Virus record (IMG/VR): IMGVR_UViG_3300027541_000009
Location: 124,001 to 188,000 of that record
Strand: one strand, 5' to 3'
DNA: 64,000 nt
Position numbers and translations under genes: made by a program. Below are positions 36,167-47,030 of this stretch, in pieces (position 1 is the first letter of the stretch; each line of letters opens with the position of its first letter). Below the pieces are notes generated by a model that saw only the letters and a list, made by a program, of their open reading frames with translations, was not told where the DNA came from and ran no database searches.

Positions 36167-36919
36167 ATGGCAAGAAGAAGAAGAGAGGATCAACCAATTG
36201 GTGTTGGGATGACTGCAAAACAAATGAAACGCAAGAAACCAATTGGTCTTGATTTGATGAGAGATATTGAACCTCTTACTGATAATCAAAAACTTTTATA
36301 TGGAGCATATGAGAAGGGACAAAATATTGTTGCTTATGGATGTGCAGGAACTGGTAAAACTTTTATCACTCTTTACAATGCACTTCAAGATGTTCTCGAT
36401 GAAAGAAGTCCTTACGAAAAAATTTATATTGTAAGGTCTCTTGTTGCTACTCGTGAGATTGGTTTTCTTCCCGGAGACCATGAAGACAAGTCAAGTCTTT
36501 ATCAGATTCCATATAAGAATATGGTAAAGTATATGTTCCAAATGCCAGACGACGCATCATTTGAGATGCTTTATGGCAATCTTAAAACTCAGGGAACGAT
36601 CAGTTTTTGGAGCACCTCTTTTATTCGCGGAACCACTTTAGATAATGCCATTGTGATTGTTGATGAATTCCAAAACTTGAATTTTCATGAACTTGATAGT
36701 ATAATTACTCGTGTAGGTGAAAACAGTAAGATTATGTTCTGTGGCGATGCTACTCAATCTGATCTTATTAAGACGAATGAGAAGAATGGAATCATTGACT
36801 TCATGAAAGTTCTTCGTGTGATGCCTTCAATTGATATTATTGAATTTGGAGTTGATGATATTGTTCGCTCTGGATTTGTGAAGGAATATATTCTTGCTAA
36901 AATGGAAGTTGGTGTATGA
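36167..36919 (+). CDS. phoH: PhoH-like ATPase
   Basis: GCAGTGKT, IGFLPG, IRGTTL, DEFQN, CGDATQSD. Confidence 0.95.
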   Translation: MARRRREDQPIGVGMTAKQMKRKKPIGLDLMRDIEPLTDNQKLLYGAYEKGQNIVAYGCAGTGKTFITLYNALQDVLDERSPYEKIYIVRSLVATREIGFLPGDHEDKSSLYQIPYKNMVKYMFQMPDDASFEMLYGNLKTQGTISFWSTSFIRGTTLDNAIVIVDEFQNLNFHELDSIITRVGENSKIMFCGDATQSDLIKTNEKNGIIDFMKVLRVMPSIDIIEFGVDDIVRSGFVKEYILAKMEVGV

Positions 36920-37596
36920 GTTTTGTTCATTGTAATTACCTAGGTGATTTGGAATTAGAAAAGAAAGAAACAAATGGCATCCGTCTGTACAATCTTCCTG
37001 ATGGTCAGTGGGTGCCTTCAATTACTTCAGTTACTTCATTCTATAATCGTCAAATCTTTATTGATTGGCGAAAGCGTGTAGGACTTGAAGAGGCAAATCG
37101 TATTACTAAAAAGGCAACAGCAAGAGGAACTGACTTTCACCAAGTCTGTCAGGATTACCTTGAAAATAAATCACTTGTCTGGGATGATTATCAACTCCTG
37201 ACAAAGCATATGTTTCATCATGCGAAACCTTATCTTGATAAGATAAATAATATTCATGCAATTGAGAGAACTCTTTATTCAGAATACCTTGGACTTGCTG
37301 GACGAGTTGACTGTATTGCTGAATATGAAGGAGAGTTAGCAGTTATTGACTTTAAGACTTCAGAAAAAATTAAACCAGAAGAATGGATTGAAAACTATTT
37401 TGTTCAAGAAACATTCTACGCTGCAGCATACTACGAACTTACTGGTAAGGTTGTCAAAAAACTTATTACTTTAATGGTTACTCCTGGCGGTGAAGTCAAA
37501 GTATTTGACAAAAGAAACAAAGGGGATTATATTAAACTATTAGTTCGTTATATTAAAGAATTTGTACATCACAATACTGGGTCAGATGGAGAATGA
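36916..37596 (+). CDS. PD-(D/E)XK exonuclease of T4-like cyanophages
   Basis: PSITSV, RGTDFH, LAGRVDCIAEY, IDFKTS. Confidence 0.85.
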   Translation: MSFVHCNYLGDLELEKKETNGIRLYNLPDGQWVPSITSVTSFYNRQIFIDWRKRVGLEEANRITKKATARGTDFHQVCQDYLENKSLVWDDYQLLTKHMFHHAKPYLDKINNIHAIERTLYSEYLGLAGRVDCIAEYEGELAVIDFKTSEKIKPEEWIENYFVQETFYAAAYYELTGKVVKKLITLMVTPGGEVKVFDKRNKGDYIKLLVRYIKEFVHHNTGSDGE

Positions 37597-37843
37597 ATTA
37601 GAAAAAGCATTAGAAAACAAGTTCTTTTGTCCATCACGATTTGCACAAGAAATTGAAAATCTTGTGCAAGTTAATGTTGAAATGAATTATATTGATGCTA
37701 TTGTTCATTTCTGTGAGCAAAACAATATTGATTTAGAATCAGTTCCTAAACTCATTTCAAAACCTTTGAAGGAAAAGATTAAGTATGAAGCAATGGAACT
37801 AAACTTTCTTAAAAAAACTTCCCGTGCAAAATTGGTTTTTTAA
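37586..37843 (+). CDS. gp33: Late transcription coactivator gp33
   Basis: YIDAIVHFCEQNNID...LISKPLKEKIKYEA..LNFL. Confidence 0.85.
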   Translation: MENELEKALENKFFCPSRFAQEIENLVQVNVEMNYIDAIVHFCEQNNIDLESVPKLISKPLKEKIKYEAMELNFLKKTSRAKLVF

Positions 37844-37898
37844 TCCATTTTTGGGCGGAAAAAATCCCGGCAAAAAAATCCCTATATTACTTTTTTGA

Positions 37899-38495
37899 AT
37901 GATGCCTTTTGATGCCTATAAGTGCTATTTGTCGTTGAAAAATCATTTTACCAAAGACAGTTATGATTATTTTAAGTACTGTGGTAAAAGTAGAGCGACA
38001 GTTCAGTCTTTTTATAAACGGAAGGACAGAATGTGGTTTGAAAAAATATCAAGGCAAAAATCTGATCAAGAAGTTATAGACTTTTTTGTTGCAAACTTTG
38101 TCTCTTGTCCAGATCCAGAAACTTTGTGGATTGGTGAAATGATGAAAGAGGGTGAAGGAAGATATCAAAATTGGCAAAAGAAAATTCAGTCTCTTTCTTA
38201 TGTTTTTAGAGAAGAGAGTCAATCTTTGTTTGAAGATAATAACTTTGAAGATGTTTTTAAGTGCTCAAAGGGACATCCACCTCTTCTAAAAAAGTTCCTG
38301 AGCGGGAAGATTAGTATAGAAACTATGGTGATCTATGACAAAATATTCCTGTTCGGGAACAAGTTTGATAAGAAACTTCAAGACCCAGTGTGGGAAACCG
38401 TCAGTCGTCGGATTAAAAAATATAATCCATTTCTAAATATTGATGTATTTCGTTTTAGGCGAATTTTAAAAGAAATTATTTTGGAGGGTCAATGA
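37899..38495 (+). CDS. gp59: Helicase loader gp59
   Basis: AYKCYLSLKNHFT..YDYFKY.GK, F.KRKD. Confidence 0.88.
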   Translation: MMPFDAYKCYLSLKNHFTKDSYDYFKYCGKSRATVQSFYKRKDRMWFEKISRQKSDQEVIDFFVANFVSCPDPETLWIGEMMKEGEGRYQNWQKKIQSLSYVFREESQSLFEDNNFEDVFKCSKGHPPLLKKFLSGKISIETMVIYDKIFLFGNKFDKKLQDPVWETVSRRIKKYNPFLNIDVFRFRRILKEIILEGQ

Positions 38496-38836
38496 GTTTC
38501 TTTAACTCCGAAGTCGTCCGCTCAGAGATGACTGAAATTGCAGAACTTCAAGAACAAATCTATGGAAATATTTTTAAATTTCCTACGATGAGTAAAGAAG
38601 AAAAACTTGAACATGTTGAAGTTCTTGAAACTCTATTAGATAAACAAAAAGTTCTTTATACAAGAATGAGTTTATCCGATGATCCCGAAGCAGTCGAAAT
38701 GAAAGAAAAAATTGTTAATTCTGCAATTATGATGGGAATGCCTCCGGGAACGGACATGAATATCATTCTCAATAATATGTCCAAAATGCTTGATATCATG
38801 AAGCAGCAGATTGACAAAACAGGTTCTGACCTGTAG
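38492..38836 (+). CDS. DUF1825-like conserved cyanophage protein
   Basis: FFNSEVV, LYTRMSLSDDPEA; syntenic between gp59 and gp32. Confidence 0.65.
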   Translation: MSFFNSEVVRSEMTEIAELQEQIYGNIFKFPTMSKEEKLEHVEVLETLLDKQKVLYTRMSLSDDPEAVEMKEKIVNSAIMMGMPPGTDMNIILNNMSKMLDIMKQQIDKTGSDL

Positions 38837-38884
38837 AATAACGAAGTACACAAAAGCCAAATCCTACTAATACGGAGAAATCTA

Positions 38885-39829
38885 ATGTCTTTTTCTGATC
38901 TTAAAAAGCAATCCAAACTTGGTTCTCTTACTTCTAAACTGGTAAAAGAAGTTGAGAAAATGAGTACAACTTCAGGTGGTGCAGATGAGCGTCTCTGGAA
39001 ACCCGAAGTTGATAAAGCAGGTAACGGTTTTGCAGTTATCCGTTTCCTTCCTGCCCCCGAAGGTGAAGAACTTCCTTGGGCAAAAATGTATTCACATGCC
39101 TTCCAAGGTAATGGTGGATGGTATATTGAAAACTCTCTGACTACTATTGGTCAGAAAGATCCTCTGGGAGAATATAACCGCGAACTGTGGAATAGTGGTA
39201 TTGAGTCTAACAAAGAAACTGTTCGCAAACAAAAGCGTAAACTGTCTTACTACAGCAACATCTATGTTGTAAAAGATCCTGCAAATCCTGCAAACGAAGG
39301 TAAGGTCTTTCTCTTTAAGTATGGTAAGAAGATCTTTGATAAACTTATGGAAGCAATGCAACCTGAGTTTGAGGATGAAACTCCTATCAATCCTTTTGAC
39401 TTCTGGCAAGGTGCAAACTTCAAACTGAAGATTGTGAAGAAAGATGGTTACTGGAACTATGATAAGTCTGAGTTTGGTTCGGTTGAACCTCTGCTGGATG
39501 ATGATGATGCTCTCGAAGCACTCTGGAAGAAAGAGTATTCTCTTACTGCCATCACTGCCCCAGACCAGTTCAAGTCTTATGAAGAACTTGAGCGTCGTAT
39601 GAATATGGTACTGGGTCTCAAGAACTCTTCTCCTGCTCGTTCCCGTGCAGTGGTTGAGCAAGAAGATGAACTCCAAGAGTTCACTCAAACTCCTACTGCT
39701 CAAGAGCGTGTAGTAGAAGAACTAGAACAGTCTTATGCTCGTTCTAAGTCTCCTTCACTTCCTCAAATCTCTCAAGATGATGATGAAGATGATGCTCTTT
39801 CTTATTTCCAGCGTCTTGCTGAAGATTGA
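38885..39829 (+). CDS. gp32: Single-stranded DNA-binding protein gp32
   Basis: DERLWK, AVIRFLP, WYIENSLTT, GKKIFDK, GANFKLK, acidic tail. Confidence 0.96.
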   Translation: MSFSDLKKQSKLGSLTSKLVKEVEKMSTTSGGADERLWKPEVDKAGNGFAVIRFLPAPEGEELPWAKMYSHAFQGNGGWYIENSLTTIGQKDPLGEYNRELWNSGIESNKETVRKQKRKLSYYSNIYVVKDPANPANEGKVFLFKYGKKIFDKLMEAMQPEFEDETPINPFDFWQGANFKLKIVKKDGYWNYDKSEFGSVEPLLDDDDALEALWKKEYSLTAITAPDQFKSYEELERRMNMVLGLKNSSPARSRAVVEQEDELQEFTQTPTAQERVVEELEQSYARSKSPSLPQISQDDDEDDALSYFQRLAED

Positions 39830-40534
39830 TTATTGATATAGTCTGATATTATCAGCTCTCTTCAAGGTGTCGCTCACATACTGAGTGGCACCTTTTTTAT
39901 ATTCCATCATATCTTCCATATCATTGATTACAACACTAATATATTCTGGTTTTAGGACAAAAATATTTCTTTTTTCATTTTCAATTTTTTCTTCATACTC
40001 ATAATTTGTTACCACTCTCACTGCCTCATAAATTGTTTCTATAGTATCCGTAGTTTCTTCATAATATTGCATACCTAATGCATAGTTAAATGGAACTTCA
40101 AGACCGGCGGGAATAATTACAACTCCTTGACTATTTTTAATTTCTATAGTTTCGTAGTGATGTACTCCATTATAGATGTTGTTGTAAATATCTTCTTCCG
40201 AACTTAAACCAGCATCAAATCCATATTTTTGTCTTAAATGGGAATCAAAAACATCTTGAGGTAATGGCCATTCTGTTTGTATGTTGGTAATATTATTTGA
40301 AAGAAGAATTATCCAATCTAAACTTGAGTCTTCATAAACTTTAAATGCTACATTATCTGGGCGGTCATCACCAATTATTTTATATTTTTCGAAAAAAGTT
40401 AAATTGTCTAAAATATCACTTCGTATTACTCCTCTCTTAAATAAATTTTTAACTAAAGAGTAGTCAGATATACCAGCATTTGGTAGTCTGCTAACATATT
40501 CAAAGTTTGGTAGTTTGCTGAAATATGAAGACAT
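39830..40534 (-). CDS. gp53: Baseplate wedge subunit gp53
   Basis: YFSKLPN, DRPDNVA..VY....LDWIILLSN, HHYET. Confidence 0.85.
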   Translation of the reverse strand: MSSYFSKLPNFEYVSRLPNAGISDYSLVKNLFKRGVIRSDILDNLTFFEKYKIIGDDRPDNVAFKVYEDSSLDWIILLSNNITNIQTEWPLPQDVFDSHLRQKYGFDAGLSSEEDIYNNIYNGVHHYETIEIKNSQGVVIIPAGLEVPFNYALGMQYYEETTDTIETIYEAVRVVTNYEYEEKIENEKRNIFVLKPEYISVVINDMEDMMEYKKGATQYVSDTLKRADNIRLYQ

Positions 40535-40535
40535 T

Positions 40536-41882
40536 TTAGTAACCTATGTTTGTAATTACTTGCTCATTACCATATTCATCATCAAATACTGGCTCAAGTT
40601 CTTGGAAAGATAATGTTAGATTATATGATATCATTGATCTTTCATTTATATTTGAGCTCATATATGTCATGTATTGACCATCTGGCGTATAATCAACATT
40701 CATTGATGTCAATGCACACTCCTTAAATTTATTTAAGTATGGATGTTGTTGATTAGATGACATATATGATATTGCAAATGTTCTTGGTGTTTTAAGTAAA
40801 ATAGAAGATTTGCTTCTTTTTACAGACATTGCTTGCTTAAAGTAACGAATAATTTTCATTACTTCTTTTGCTTCTGATGGACTTCTTGGGGATAATTTAA
40901 ATCCAAAAGAAAAAGTTCTAAGACCGGGCCCATTAAACAGCAGTTCTAGGTTATTATTGAACATAGTTCCATATACTCTCTGCTGCAGCTTATCTGTTTG
41001 GGCTGCATATCCCGCTAATGTGGCAGAGAGGGATCTTTGCAAATCTCCAGAATCTACTGAAGATTTCAGTGTGTCTGTCGCAGATCCTACTGCCGGTGTT
41101 GCAGCTTCCGTACCACCTATGATATATTTTTGAGTGATATTGCCGAGAGCTTCTTGAAAGTTATTAATAGGATCTTCTTGCCAACTCACCGAATTACTAT
41201 CAGAAATTCCTGCCGGAATTGGTAGAGTTATGGTTCCAAGTCTTTCTTTACCTATGGTTGGATTTCCTTTATCAATCGTGACAATTCTACTAACTTCTCC
41301 GGTGCTTCCTTGTCCACCTTTTCCCCCAGCTAAAGATGGTCTATAATTTAAAATTGTAAACTTTATACAATCCTGAAATTCTATTGATAAATCTAATGGA
41401 TATCTAGCATCTCCATAATTTAATCTTGTCTTCTCTCTGAAACTTTCGGATTCTCCAAATAGTGCTTCCTTTGCTTCATCACTCGGAAGAGATTCTGGGG
41501 ATTTATTCTGCTCTGGATTTATTGCTTGATTTCCAGATCCAAGACCACCTGCCTTATTATATGCTGCTTTTGCTGTTGGATCAGTGACTCCCAAAGGTGC
41601 TTCAAGTCCACTTTTTTGATTTCTTACTTCTTTTATTAATTGACTATTTGTATTGCTAATGTCTAATTTTTCTTGAGATGATGCATTTGCTGTTGGCTTT
41701 AACTTTCCTGAGGAATCTGTTGCCGCAATAACAGTTCCAGTTGCACTTGGGTTAGTTGCGCTATTTCTTACAACTTGTATGGAAAAATTATTATTTCCAT
41801 TGTCAGTGACAACAGTTTTTACTGCTACTTGTTGATTTCCTACAGTTACTAAACTTGGTTTGCTTGTTTTTGTATTTGCCAC
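40536..41882 (-). CDS. gp48: Baseplate tail-tube cap gp48
   Basis: RYPLD, LPIPAGISDSNSVSW, NNNLELLFNGPGLRTFSFGF.LSPRS, CALTSMNVDY. Confidence 0.8.
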   Translation of the reverse strand: MANTKTSKPSLVTVGNQQVAVKTVVTDNGNNNFSIQVVRNSATNPSATGTVIAATDSSGKLKPTANASSQEKLDISNTNSQLIKEVRNQKSGLEAPLGVTDPTAKAAYNKAGGLGSGNQAINPEQNKSPESLPSDEAKEALFGESESFREKTRLNYGDARYPLDLSIEFQDCIKFTILNYRPSLAGGKGGQGSTGEVSRIVTIDKGNPTIGKERLGTITLPIPAGISDSNSVSWQEDPINNFQEALGNITQKYIIGGTEAATPAVGSATDTLKSSVDSGDLQRSLSATLAGYAAQTDKLQQRVYGTMFNNNLELLFNGPGLRTFSFGFKLSPRSPSEAKEVMKIIRYFKQAMSVKRSKSSILLKTPRTFAISYMSSNQQHPYLNKFKECALTSMNVDYTPDGQYMTYMSSNINERSMISYNLTLSFQELEPVFDDEYGNEQVITNIGY

Positions 41883-41946
41883 TACTTTACTTTTGAGGGT
41901 GGAATTTCTCTAATCAAATATATTTTTACTTCGTAAATTGTGGGTT

Positions 41947-42333
41947 TTATTTATTTAGACGGAATTTTGCATAAGGTATAGATAACATTTCATCAAGTTC
42001 ATCATACTTTATTACATGAAGTTTGCCAGCAACTTCTTCCCAAGTATATTGCCTACCTTCTCTCCAATGAAAATTGATTGCTTTGAATCCCCATCTCTCT
42101 AATGAAGTACAAGCAATCAATGGATGTTGGTCATATTCAATTTCCGGTGTTTTGGGGTTGTATATAAAAGTATAAAATTTTCCTGGCTCTGGATATAATA
42201 CTTCTTCTTTTAAAGAATCCATAATAATTAACATCAAATCTTCTGGGTCATTAGTTCCAGCCTCAGCAATTTTCTTTTTGAGCTCTCTCATTCTTGGGGG
42301 AACACTTGCATATTGCCCGAAACCTTCTGCCAT
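41947..42333 (-). CDS. gp2-like DNA end protector homologue (short)
   Basis: PGKFYTFIYNPK...YDQHPLI...GFKAINFHW resembles the T4 gp2 core. Confidence 0.55.
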   Translation of the reverse strand: MAEGFGQYASVPPRMRELKKKIAEAGTNDPEDLMLIIMDSLKEEVLYPEPGKFYTFIYNPKTPEIEYDQHPLIACTSLERWGFKAINFHWREGRQYTWEEVAGKLHVIKYDELDEMLSIPYAKFRLNK

Positions 42334-42776
42334 TACCCTATACCCAGTTCGTTTTCTGTGATGATCTTGAATCCAATCATATTATCCTTACAGAATTCTT
42401 CTGCTGCTTTCCATTTTGCTTGGTTTGTAGCATAAGTATAGGCTTCGTAGATATATGATTTTGTTACTCTGGATTTCTGCTGTGGAGGAACTGTTTGTTT
42501 TTTCGGTTTAATCTCTACAATATACTTCTTAATTTCTCCAGACTGTTCTCTTACCTTAATAATAAAATCTGGAAAATAATTTCTTACTTTTTGCTTCACT
42601 GGGTCATAATACTTGATGCGAATTTCTTCTGAGCCCCAAGCAATTATATTTTCATTTAAATCACACCAACGGCAGAATTTTCTTTCCCAACTACTTCTAC
42701 AAATAATGTTATTTGGGTCTCCTATGTACTTTTTTGGATATGATGGTTTATATTTACTCTTAATACTTTCTGCCAT
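42333..42776 (-). CDS. gp4: Head completion nuclease gp4
   Basis: KYIGDPNNIICRSSWERKFC.WCD, YFPDF, VEIKP, KWKAA. Confidence 0.92.
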   Translation of the reverse strand: MAESIKSKYKPSYPKKYIGDPNNIICRSSWERKFCRWCDLNENIIAWGSEEIRIKYYDPVKQKVRNYFPDFIIKVREQSGEIKKYIVEIKPKKQTVPPQQKSRVTKSYIYEAYTYATNQAKWKAAEEFCKDNMIGFKIITENELGIG

Positions 42777-42818
42777 TATCCTTACTACATAATATATACG
42801 GTCAAAAAATATTTATAA

Positions 42819-43730
42819 ATGGTATTCGACCCAGTTAGAAGAACAGTAAGGTCAGTGTCGGACATTAAGTCCAAACTACTGAACCCAGCACTAACATCTC
42901 ATTTTGAGGTATCAATTCCCATTCCCCCTGGACTCTCTGGGACTAATGGCAGAAAGTATTTCGAAGCGAATGGAATATATCAATTTGAGGGAATTAAGCA
43001 AGATACTTTGAATTTGCTTTGTTGCGAAACAGTGCTTCCTGGATCTAATATTGCGACCATTGATATTAACAGCGATTATCACGGAACTACTCATAGACAC
43101 GCTTCAAGAAGAATTTATGATGATAGAATTGATATGACATTTTATGTCAACGCTGGCGAATATCTTCCAATTAGATTTTTTGAAGTATGGATGAAATATA
43201 TCGTTGGAGAAAGTGTAGCTCAAGGTCCAGAGAAAACTGAAGGTGTACGCAGACCTGGTTCTTTAGCTACAAATTATTTTTATAGAATAAATTATCCAAC
43301 CAATTATGTTTCTAAATCGGGATTATCTATCACAAAATTCGAAAGAACTGGTTCTAAAGATTTTTATTCTGGAGGAACATTGAGTTATCAATTTGTTAAC
43401 GCATTTCCTATTTCTATATCTTCAATGCCAGTTTCTTATGATACTTCATCTCTACTAAAATGTACCGTGTCTTTTTCTTATGTTAGGTATGTTCTTTACC
43501 CAACTGGAAGTAAAGAACCTCTTCATTCGGACGCCCAATCTTCTTTTGGCGATTTTGTGGACCCAGAAACTCAAGCAATATACAATAATGCACAATTTAG
43601 CATTGGTGATATGGCACTTCCTGGTCTTGATGGTGCTGGAGCTTTGGCAACTTCTTCTCCATCATCCTTTACAGTTGGTGGAGTATCTCAACAAGCAGCA
43701 AATTCTTCTGGAAATTCAGTCAGAGCATAA
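42819..43730 (+). CDS. Tail-tube initiator / gp54-like baseplate subunit
   Basis: LCCETVLPG, FYV, Y.F.NAFP.SI.SMPVSY..S.LLKCTV.F.Y tail-tube-like fold motifs. Confidence 0.65.
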   Translation: MVFDPVRRTVRSVSDIKSKLLNPALTSHFEVSIPIPPGLSGTNGRKYFEANGIYQFEGIKQDTLNLLCCETVLPGSNIATIDINSDYHGTTHRHASRRIYDDRIDMTFYVNAGEYLPIRFFEVWMKYIVGESVAQGPEKTEGVRRPGSLATNYFYRINYPTNYVSKSGLSITKFERTGSKDFYSGGTLSYQFVNAFPISISSMPVSYDTSSLLKCTVSFSYVRYVLYPTGSKEPLHSDAQSSFGDFVDPETQAIYNNAQFSIGDMALPGLDGAGALATSSPSSFTVGGVSQQAANSSGNSVRA

Positions 43731-43770
43731 GCATCTAAATAATCACATCTGATTTTCTCTATAGGTCATT

Positions 43771-44490
43771 ATGCCATTACCTAAGATTTCTACACCGACT
43801 TATGAACTTGAATTGCCTTCAAGTGGAAAAACAATTCTTTACCGACCATTTCTTGTTAAGGAAGAAAAGTTATTAGTAATTGCTTTAGAAAGCGAAGACA
43901 ATAAGCAAATTACTAATGCAATTAAGAATGTCATCAAAAGTTGTATTTTGACTAAAGACATTAAAGTAGAAAATTTACCAACTTTTGACATTGAGTTTTT
44001 ATTTCTCAATATTCGCGGCAAATCTGTCGGAGAAGATGTTGAGGTTAATATTATCTGCCCTGATGATAATGAAACTAATGTTTCTGTGAGTATTAACTTG
44101 GATGATATTAAAGTACAAAAAAATCCAGAACATACCAATAAAATTAAGGTAGATAGTAGTATTATGATGGAAATGAAATATCCATCACTTGACCAATTCA
44201 TCAAAACTAACTTCGATTTTAAAAATGAAAATGCAATGGAACAATCTTTTGATTTGATTGCATCTTGCATTGATAAAATCTATACTGAAGAAGAAGTATG
44301 GTCTACGGCAGATGTAACTAAAAAAGAGGTTACTGAATTTTTAGATCAAATGAATTCCTCACAGTTCAAAGAAATTGAAAAGTTCTTTGAAACAATGCCA
44401 AAACTTTCTCATAAAATCACTGTCAAGAACCCAACTACTGGTGTTGAAAGTGAAGTAGTTCTTGAAGGGTTAGCGTCTTTTTTCGCGTAG
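43771..44490 (+). CDS. gp26: Baseplate hub subunit gp26
   Basis: LPKI.TPTY.L.LPS, YRPFLVKEEKLL, IRGKSVGE, LEGLASFF. Confidence 0.9.
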   Translation: MPLPKISTPTYELELPSSGKTILYRPFLVKEEKLLVIALESEDNKQITNAIKNVIKSCILTKDIKVENLPTFDIEFLFLNIRGKSVGEDVEVNIICPDDNETNVSVSINLDDIKVQKNPEHTNKIKVDSSIMMEMKYPSLDQFIKTNFDFKNENAMEQSFDLIASCIDKIYTEEEVWSTADVTKKEVTEFLDQMNSSQFKEIEKFFETMPKLSHKITVKNPTTGVESEVVLEGLASFFA

Positions 44491-44492
44491 CC

Positions 44493-44675
44493 ATGGTCCA
44501 TATGGACCTCGAAAACTACTTCCGACTTAATTTTGCCTTAGTACAGTACCATAAATATTCTTTATGGGAGATTGAAAATATGATCCCGTGGGAAAGAGAT
44601 GTTTATGTTGGTCTTTTGGAGCAACATCTTGAAGAAGAGAGGATGAAGCAACAACAGCAAAGCTCACAACTGTAA
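44493..44675 (+). CDS. gp51: Baseplate hub assembly catalyst gp51
   Basis: LVQYHKYSL.EIENMIPWERDVYV.LL. Confidence 0.88.
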   Translation: MVHMDLENYFRLNFALVQYHKYSLWEIENMIPWERDVYVGLLEQHLEEERMKQQQQSSQL

Positions 44676-44681
44676 GGCATC

Positions 44682-47030
44682 ATGGCAACAGTAAATGCAC
44701 AAAAAATGATGGGTAGAACGACAACGGTTCGTTCTTCTGCTTTTGCTGCTCAACCTCAACAACAATTAATATCATCCCCTGCAGACACTGCCATCCTGCA
44801 GGACATATCTAAATCATTAACAAATATCATTCAACTTCTCTCTCAACAAAATGTTCAGACAAAGAGAGATGTTGATGAAACAAGAAAAAGTCAGGAAAGA
44901 AGTAGAAGACAGGGTATAGAACTTGGTCTGGAAAGATCTTTTGCAACCGTAAAGAATGTAGCACAATCTGTTGTTGCTCCAGTTAAAAGTATATTAGACC
45001 AGATAATACAATTTTTTGTTACCGTATTTCTTGGTAGAGCACTTATATTATTATTAAATTGGTTTGCGGACGAAAAAAATAGGAGCAAAATTCGCTCCAT
45101 AATGAGATTTTTGAGTGATTGGTGGCCATCTCTGGTTGCTGGTTATATTTTATTTGGTACTGGGTTTGGTAGAGTTGTAAGAAAAGTTGCTGGAGTTGCC
45201 GTTGGGTTAACAACCAGACTTATTGTAATTGCAGCAAGATTAGCAAAAGCAATTGCCACTGGACAAATACTAAAAAGAAAGGGGATTGCCTCCGTATTTG
45301 CTGGTGGTGGAAAAATTGGTGGATTGCGCGGTGGTCTTCTTCAACTTGGAGTTGCCGGTGCAGCTGCTGTTGGAACTGGTCTTGCAATCAATAAATTCAT
45401 GGGTGATGGAGAAGCACCACAAATAGCAGTTCCTGAACCTCAGTCAGTTCCCACAATGGAAGCTGCTGGTGGTGGTCTTGCCGACTTAAAAGGTATTTTA
45501 AAGTCAACTGGAGCAGAAGTATCTTCCCAACTCAATCCATTTACAGCATTTTTAGCTTCTGGTGGTCTTGCTAATATAACTCAAGGACTTGGTGGAAGCA
45601 TTTCTGGTCCAAAGGGAATTGATAAAGTCCCAGCAATGCTTACTGACGGTGAATTTGTTATGTCTCGTGGAGCAGTTCAGAAGTTTGGTGTGAGCACACT
45701 TGAAGCAATGAACTCTGCTGGTGGTGGAACTAATCGCCCCAAAATTGTAAGACATGCAGTTCATGCTGTAGGTGGTGGATTGATTGGAGAAGATCCTAAT
45801 TATAGAGATCCTGTTCTTGAAGATAATAAAAGATTATCTTTAGACCAAAGATTAAAGAGAATAGAAGACCAAGTAGGAGTTCAAAGAGCACTTTCATCCG
45901 GAAAAGGAGTAAAAACACCTCTTGGTGCTGGTTATGGAACAACTTATGGTGGTAGACAATCAATCCTTGTTAAAGGTGGAGTAAAAACCCTTGGTGCAGG
46001 AACGGGTGCCGATAGTATTCCTATTAATGAAATTAATGTCGGTGGAATGAGATATTTTGCTCAAAAAAGAGGAAAGGATATTATATACTCCTCTAATTTT
46101 GCAAAGGGTCTTTCTGGACAAGTTGATAAGTATGGTGCCAGAAATAAAGGATATAGTGGTAAAGGTGGTGGTTTGATGAGTAGTGGTCTTGGAAATGTAG
46201 ATAAAAAGAACCTACCAAAAACTAAAATTATGATGGGACCTGATGGACCTTTTGTTGCTTACTTGTCTTTTAAAGGAGGAGAACCAACTTATCAAAGAGC
46301 AACTGAAAGAAACAAAGGAATGTTGGAGTCTATTGCAGACTTCTTTGATCCAAAAGGTTCTACTGGCAGAGAGGAGACTTTAAACGCAAGAAAAATGCGT
46401 CTCACTGCTATTAGTGATTTGGAAGATATGAGAAGGCGTGGAATGAAAGAAGAAAATATTAAAAAAATGATGAATGAACGCCTTGGACCTAATGGATATT
46501 CAAGAGCAGTAAATGATTCAAATGCAAAGAAAAAGTTATCAATTTCAATTACCCCACAGCAAAGAGAAAGAGAAACTAATGCTAAGGTAAGAACTGCAAA
46601 TCAAGAATTTATGAATAGGGGTGGACTTCTTGGTGGAGTTGGTCGTGGATTAACCAGAATGTTTGGTACATATGACCAAATAGATAAAGCAAATGCTGCC
46701 GACAAAGCATCTGAGGCAAGAATAAAGCAATCTGGTGCTGCGGCAATGGGTAAATACTATTCATCTTCGGATGGAAAATATTATGGAAGTTATGCTGAGG
46801 CGAAGAGAGCAAGAGACTTGAGAATGGCAAAGATAGGTAAAACATCTCCAAACTCAAGACCAATCACCCCAACACCAAAACCAGCACCTAAAGTTGTTTC
46901 ATCTAAGCCAAAAGTTGCTGGAGGTGGAATGGGAGGAGGAAGAGGAAGTGGTTCAAATCCATCAGTTCCATCCTTCAGTGCTTCGTCAAGTTCAAATAGA
47001 AGAAATGCTAATATCTTAGGTATTAGATAA
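44682..47030 (+). CDS. Tape-measure-like / baseplate-associated structural protein
   Basis: Helical N-terminus, repeated A.GG motifs, VPAMLTDGEFVM motif; position after gp51. Confidence 0.55.
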   Translation: MATVNAQKMMGRTTTVRSSAFAAQPQQQLISSPADTAILQDISKSLTNIIQLLSQQNVQTKRDVDETRKSQERSRRQGIELGLERSFATVKNVAQSVVAPVKSILDQIIQFFVTVFLGRALILLLNWFADEKNRSKIRSIMRFLSDWWPSLVAGYILFGTGFGRVVRKVAGVAVGLTTRLIVIAARLAKAIATGQILKRKGIASVFAGGGKIGGLRGGLLQLGVAGAAAVGTGLAINKFMGDGEAPQIAVPEPQSVPTMEAAGGGLADLKGILKSTGAEVSSQLNPFTAFLASGGLANITQGLGGSISGPKGIDKVPAMLTDGEFVMSRGAVQKFGVSTLEAMNSAGGGTNRPKIVRHAVHAVGGGLIGEDPNYRDPVLEDNKRLSLDQRLKRIEDQVGVQRALSSGKGVKTPLGAGYGTTYGGRQSILVKGGVKTLGAGTGADSIPINEINVGGMRYFAQKRGKDIIYSSNFAKGLSGQVDKYGARNKGYSGKGGGLMSSGLGNVDKKNLPKTKIMMGPDGPFVAYLSFKGGEPTYQRATERNKGMLESIADFFDPKGSTGREETLNARKMRLTAISDLEDMRRRGMKEENIKKMMNERLGPNGYSRAVNDSNAKKKLSISITPQQRERETNAKVRTANQEFMNRGGLLGGVGRGLTRMFGTYDQIDKANAADKASEARIKQSGAAAMGKYYSSSDGKYYGSYAEAKRARDLRMAKIGKTSPNSRPITPTPKPAPKVVSSKPKVAGGGMGGGRGSGSNPSVPSFSASSSSNRRNANILGIR

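Noticed and set aside
36916-37596. Cas4-like nuclease as a CRISPR component
   Set aside because: It is the usual T4-like cyanophage exonuclease between phoH and gp33; no cas genes or arrays are present.
37845-37890. G/C runs resembling a hairpin between gp33 and gp59
   Set aside because: Pairing is imperfect and could not be resolved into a convincing terminator or RNA motif.
39092-39703. 203-aa antisense ORF within gp32
   Set aside because: Fully overlaps a conserved essential gene on the opposite strand, with no independent signals.
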